DNA from: Nitrospirota bacterium
GTDB lineage: Bacteria; Nitrospirota; Thermodesulfovibrionia; Thermodesulfovibrionales; JdFR-86
NCBI GenBank assembly: GCA_016207905.1
Contig: JACQZC010000084.1
Coordinates: 1-62,022, forward strand
DNA length: 62,022 nt
Reading direction: 5' to 3'
The notes under the pieces are model-generated. The model ran no database searches and had not been told where the DNA came from. It was given only the letters and a program-made list of their open reading frames with translations. Positions 60,322 to 62,022 of the stretch are shown in pieces. How positions within the stretch are numbered: position 1 is the stretch's first letter; every line of letters starts with the position of its first letter. A program made the position numbers and the translations under genes.

Positions 60322-61463
60322 CTGTCCACCATCAGGACTTCCTCTGCTGCCGCCACACCCTGTCCCAGCTTGACAGGATAGCCCATTGCCTTAAGCACCA
60401 TCTCTATGCCTGAGATTGCGGTTATGACATCGAATGTGTCAGCGTATCCAAGATGCGCAATTCTGAAGATTTTTCCTTTTGCCCTATCCTGACCTCCTGC
60501 GCCTGTAATGCCGTATTTGTCCCTAAGGTTTTTGTACATCGCCTGTGCATCTATGCCCTCGGGTGACTCGATTGCAGTAACGGAATTGCTTGGGCTTTCC
60601 TTTGCATAAAGCTTGAGTCTAAGAGCGACTATAGCCTTTCTTGTTGCATCGGCAAGCCTTCTATGCCTTTTGAAGATATTTTCAAGTCCTTCTTTTTGAA
60701 GAAGCTTTATTGCCTCATTAAGTGCTACAACGAGGGTTACGGGAGATGTAAAGTTAGTCTGATTCTTAACGAGGTTTTCCCTTTCTTTTTTGAGGTTAAA
60801 GTAAAACCTTGGGATGGTCGATGTCTCGTTTTTCTTCCATGCCTTTTCGCTTACGCTTATAAATGCCATTCCAGGGGGGGTCATGAGGCCCTTCTGAGAG
60901 CCTCCAACCATTACATCCACTCCCCACTCATCTGTTTTGAGGTCATGGGCAACGAGGGCCGATATTGCATCCACTATGAAAATCGTATCTCTATGCCTCG
61001 AAACTATCCTTGCAAGAGCCTCTATGTCATGGTAGATGCCTGTTGATGTCTCGCATGCCTGAACGAATACGCCTTTTATCTCTGGCTCTTCCTTAAGAGC
61101 CTTCTCAACATCCTCTGATTTCACTGCATAGCCCCACTCAACAATTATTTCCCTTACCTTCAGTCCGTAAGCCTGACATATCTTTGTCCACCTTTCGCCA
61201 AACTTTCCACTGTTTATCACTAAGACACTGTCTCCTGGGGAAAAGAAGTTATTCACAGCAGAGACCATCCCTCCTGTGCCTGAGGAGGAAAGGACAAGCA
61301 CATCGTTTTTTGTCTGATAGAGCCATTTTAGTCCTTCCCTAACAGAGGCAAGCACAGGGATGAAATCCGAAGACCTGTGATGGATTATGGGAGCCGCCAT
61401 GCTCAAAAGGACCTCTGGTGGAACAGGTGTTGGCCCTGGTGCAAGAAGATACCGTTTTAACAT
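60318..61463 (-). CDS. Class-V aminotransferase (serine-pyruvate / phosphoserine aminotransferase type)
   Basis: LLAPGPTPVP N-terminus and PLP-Lys context GGSQKGLM. Start trimmed to Met36 (ATG 61463), preceded by ggaggtg. 4-nt overlap with serA. Confidence 0.85.
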   Translation of the reverse strand: MLKRYLLAPGPTPVPPEVLLSMAAPIIHHRSSDFIPVLASVREGLKWLYQTKNDVLVLSSSGTGGMVSAVNNFFSPGDSVLVINSGKFGERWTKICQAYGLKVREIIVEWGYAVKSEDVEKALKEEPEIKGVFVQACETSTGIYHDIEALARIVSRHRDTIFIVDAISALVAHDLKTDEWGVDVMVGGSQKGLMTPPGMAFISVSEKAWKKNETSTIPRFYFNLKKERENLVKNQTNFTSPVTLVVALNEAIKLLQKEGLENIFKRHRRLADATRKAIVALRLKLYAKESPSNSVTAIESPEGIDAQAMYKNLRDKYGITGAGGQDRAKGKIFRIAHLGYADTFDVITAISGIEMVLKAMGYPVKLGQGVAAAEEVLMVDR

Positions 61464-61640
61464 TATTCGCACCTCCAGTTTTCGCTTTTCCTTTAGAAAA
61501 AAGCAGAAGATTAAAATTACCATATAACCACATGTATGGTCAATACACGAAAAACCCTGTCCTACCAAAATAGGACATTTCTATTTTGGCTTGACCTGTC
61601 CAATTCGTGCCCTTGACTCTTCTGGAACAGGAATAATATA

Positions 61641-61810
61641 ATCTATTCGGTTTCAGCATCCCGGAACACGGTGCGAATCCGTGGCGGACCCGCCGCTGTA
61701 ATCGGCGAGGCTCCTCACTTAAGGCGAGAGCCGGCCACTGGTCGAATAGACCGGGAAGGCCGTGAGGAGCTGACGACCCGAGAGCCAGAAGACCTGCTGA
61801 TGCCTTGTAT
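61641..61810 (+). promoter_or_regulatory. Cobalamin (B12) riboswitch
   Basis: Conserved core ggaacacggtgcgaatccgtggcggacccgccgctgtaa, gccactgg...gggaaggc, and B12 box agccagaagacctgc (61783-61797). Confidence 0.85.
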
Positions 61811-61828
61811 CGGGAATCTGATGGCAAA

Positions 61829-61869
61829 GGGTTCCGACAGACTTTTGAAGTCTGTCAGAACCCTTTTTT
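61829..61869 (+). terminator. Riboswitch expression-platform terminator
   Basis: gggttccgacagactt-ttg-aagtctgtcagaaccc followed by tttttt. Confidence 0.7.
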
Positions 61870-61899
61870 ATTGATTTAAAAACAAAAGAGGAGGCAGAA

Positions 61900-62022
61900 A
61901 TGAAAGACAAGAAGAAGACCGAGAAAGAGAGCGGGAAAAAGGACGTAATCGCCTACCGTAAGGCCTGCAAGGCCGAGGGGACCGGACTTTCCCACTACAT
62001 CCTCATGGACAGAAAAAAGAAG
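61900..62022 (+). CDS. Partial ORF under B12-riboswitch control, unknown function (truncated by window)
   Basis: RBS aagaggagg precedes ATG 61900. MKDKKKTEKESGKKDVIAYRKACKAEGTGLSHYILMDRKKK...; 41 codons visible. Confidence 0.5.
   Translation, partial: MKDKKKTEKESGKKDVIAYRKACKAEGTGLSHYILMDRKKK

Noticed and set aside
61540-61910. Track ORFs (95, 67 and 63 aa) across 61540-61910.
   Set aside because: The region is explained by a cobalamin riboswitch and its terminator. The ORFs are by-products of structured RNA sequence.

Overview
This window is about 62 kb of a moderately AT-rich bacterial chromosome from a selenocysteine-using organism (selA is present). I cannot assign a taxon from the sequence alone. 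The backbone is housekeeping: purine synthesis (guaA, purL, purF, purA), isoprenoid (ispA-dxs), heme (ccsA-like, hemA, hemC), lysine (lysA-dapF), serine (serA plus a class-V aminotransferase), tgt, pcm, gmd, ubiB, and three tRNAs. Accessory content is scattered through it.

1. A tRNA-Ser(UGA)-linked islet (about 47.1-51.4 kb) is bounded by direct repeats of the tRNA 3' end. It carries three integron-type attC sites (RYYYAAC...GTTRRRY imperfect palindromes resembling the aadA1 59-base element). These define a small cassette array with no integrase in the window. Its cargo is uncharacterised membrane and small proteins plus TA-like pairs.
2. A sulfur-trafficking cluster (DsrE/F/H-like, SQR, DsrE2-like, ArsR, rhodanese) has a DsrE gene that the ORF track splits at an in-frame TGA. 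That TGA aligns with the active-site Cys and is followed by a SECIS-like hairpin.
3. There are two methyltransferase plus unknown-partner pairs that look like R-M systems. One is seamlessly embedded in guaA-ispA-dxs. The other looks GC-richer by eye and is flanked by REP-like repeats.
4. A roughly 200-bp MITE-like element with terminal inverted repeats occurs in at least three copies, alongside several short palindromic REP families. One REP sits in-frame inside tgt.
5. A tetR-tolC-mfp-RND efflux operon is decayed: a nonsense codon plus a deletion fuse the adaptor N-terminus to the pump C-terminus.
6. A cobalamin riboswitch lies at the right edge.

All functional calls rest on motif and family recognition by eye; no searches were run.
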